Positions 63,701 to 64,000 of a DNA stretch of 64,000 nucleotides are shown here, one piece after another (position 1 is the first letter of the stretch; each line of letters opens with the position of its first letter). The position numbers were made by a program, and so were the translations under genes. Source of the DNA: Eledone cirrhosa (taxonomy: Eukaryota); assembly GCA_964016885.1 (NCBI GenBank), contig OZ024749.1, forward strand, positions 19,406,001 to 19,470,000, given 5' to 3'. Under the pieces are notes generated by a model, which was given only the letters and a program-made list of their open reading frames with translations, made no database searches and was not told the DNA's origin.

Positions 63701-64000
63701 CTATACACTGTTAATGACTGTATTTACACTATCTATACACCGTTAATGACTGTATTTACATTATCTATACACTGTTAATGACTCTATTTACACTATCTAT
63801 ACACTGTTAATAACTGTATTTACACTATCTATACACTGTTAATAACTGTATTTACACTATCTATACACTGTTAATGACTGTATTTACACTATCTATACAC
63901 TGTTAATGACTGTATTTACACTATCTATACACCGTTAATGACTGTATTTACATTATCGATACACTGTTAATGACTCTATTTACACTATCTATACACCGTT
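60790..64000. repeat. Dispersed copy of ~43660-46870 (offset 17,130 bp), including the 384-bp duplication; truncated by window end
   Basis: ttgactg 43721/60851, ctaaac 44493/61623 and 44877/62007, taaact 45381/62511, cattatcgat 46821/63951. Confidence 0.88.

Larger units (their letters stand above)
1..64000. repeat. Tandem satellite array, 32-bp monomer (ATCTATACACTGTTAATGACTGTATTTACACT), ~2,000 head-to-tail copies, extending past both window ends
   Basis: Seen directly: the monomer recurs every 32 nt from position 1 to 64000 in one orientation. Most copies differ from consensus by 0-2 substitutions. Common variants (numbered within the monomer) are G18A (aataac), C10T (acattg), T11C (acaccg) and C31T (tacatt); a few copies have 1-, 2-, 4- or 11-bp deletions. 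Confidence 0.99.

Noticed and set aside
1-64000. Repetitive protein-coding ORF
   Set aside because: The 32-bp unit is not a multiple of 3. On the plus strand every frame meets TAA-TGA (or TAA-TAA) about every 96 nt, leaving ~30 open codons. The minus-strand consensus has TAA, TAA, TAG and TAG covering all three frames in each monomer.
1-64000. CRISPR array (repeat length is in the CRISPR range)
   Set aside because: Monomers abut directly with no unique spacers, no leader and no cas genes.
1-64000. Telomerase-synthesised long telomeric repeat
   Set aside because: Variant order is inherited in multi-kb blocks, which indicates DNA-level duplication rather than templated addition, and there is no G-run-rich strand. 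A subtelomeric location cannot be excluded.
1-64000. Fungal RIP signature (G18A is TpG>TpA)
   Set aside because: The other four CpA/TpG sites are rarely mutated, and common variants C10T, T11C and C31T do not fit RIP. True RIP would have degraded the array far more.
1-64000. Functional centromere or a named satellite family
   Set aside because: I recognise no CENP-B box or known family. Assignment needs a Dfam/Repbase/BLAST search and CENP-A data, which I cannot run.
1-64000. Variant order as a functional code or information store
   Set aside because: The recurring patterns are adequately explained by neutral block duplication, and nothing in the window indicates a reading or writing mechanism.
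1-64000. Pure artefact (rolling-circle concatemer or collapsed assembly)
   Set aside because: Nested duplications with shared-derived and private variants fit real evolution rather than a concatemer. The copy number of individual near-identical blocks still needs read validation.

Overview
The whole 64 kb window is one uninterrupted, single-orientation tandem satellite array of about 2,000 copies of a 32-bp AT-rich monomer. The consensus is ATCTATACACTGTTAATGACTGTATTTACACT (9/32 = 28% GC, no CpG). I saw no unique sequence, gene, RNA gene, transposon, CRISPR spacer or inversion, and the consensus closes every reading frame on both strands, so I cannot support a novel protein- or RNA-based system here. 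The information lies in the order of variant monomers. Rare alleles used as landmarks show a nested hierarchy: an 11+10+11-bp sub-repeat inside the monomer; 12-mer (384 bp) and 15-mer (480 bp) duplications; 79-mer (2,528 bp), 90-mer (2,878-2,879 bp), 113-mer (3,609 bp) and 163-mer (5,197 bp) tandem duplications; dispersed multi-kb copies; and a loose super-period in which the landmark order of ~1-19.4 kb recurs at ~26.6-57.3 kb and restarts at ~57.3 kb. The source is most likely eukaryotic heterochromatic satellite (inference); I do not recognise the family or organism. Offsets were counted by eye from landmark alleles, and block boundaries are approximate to 1-2 monomers.
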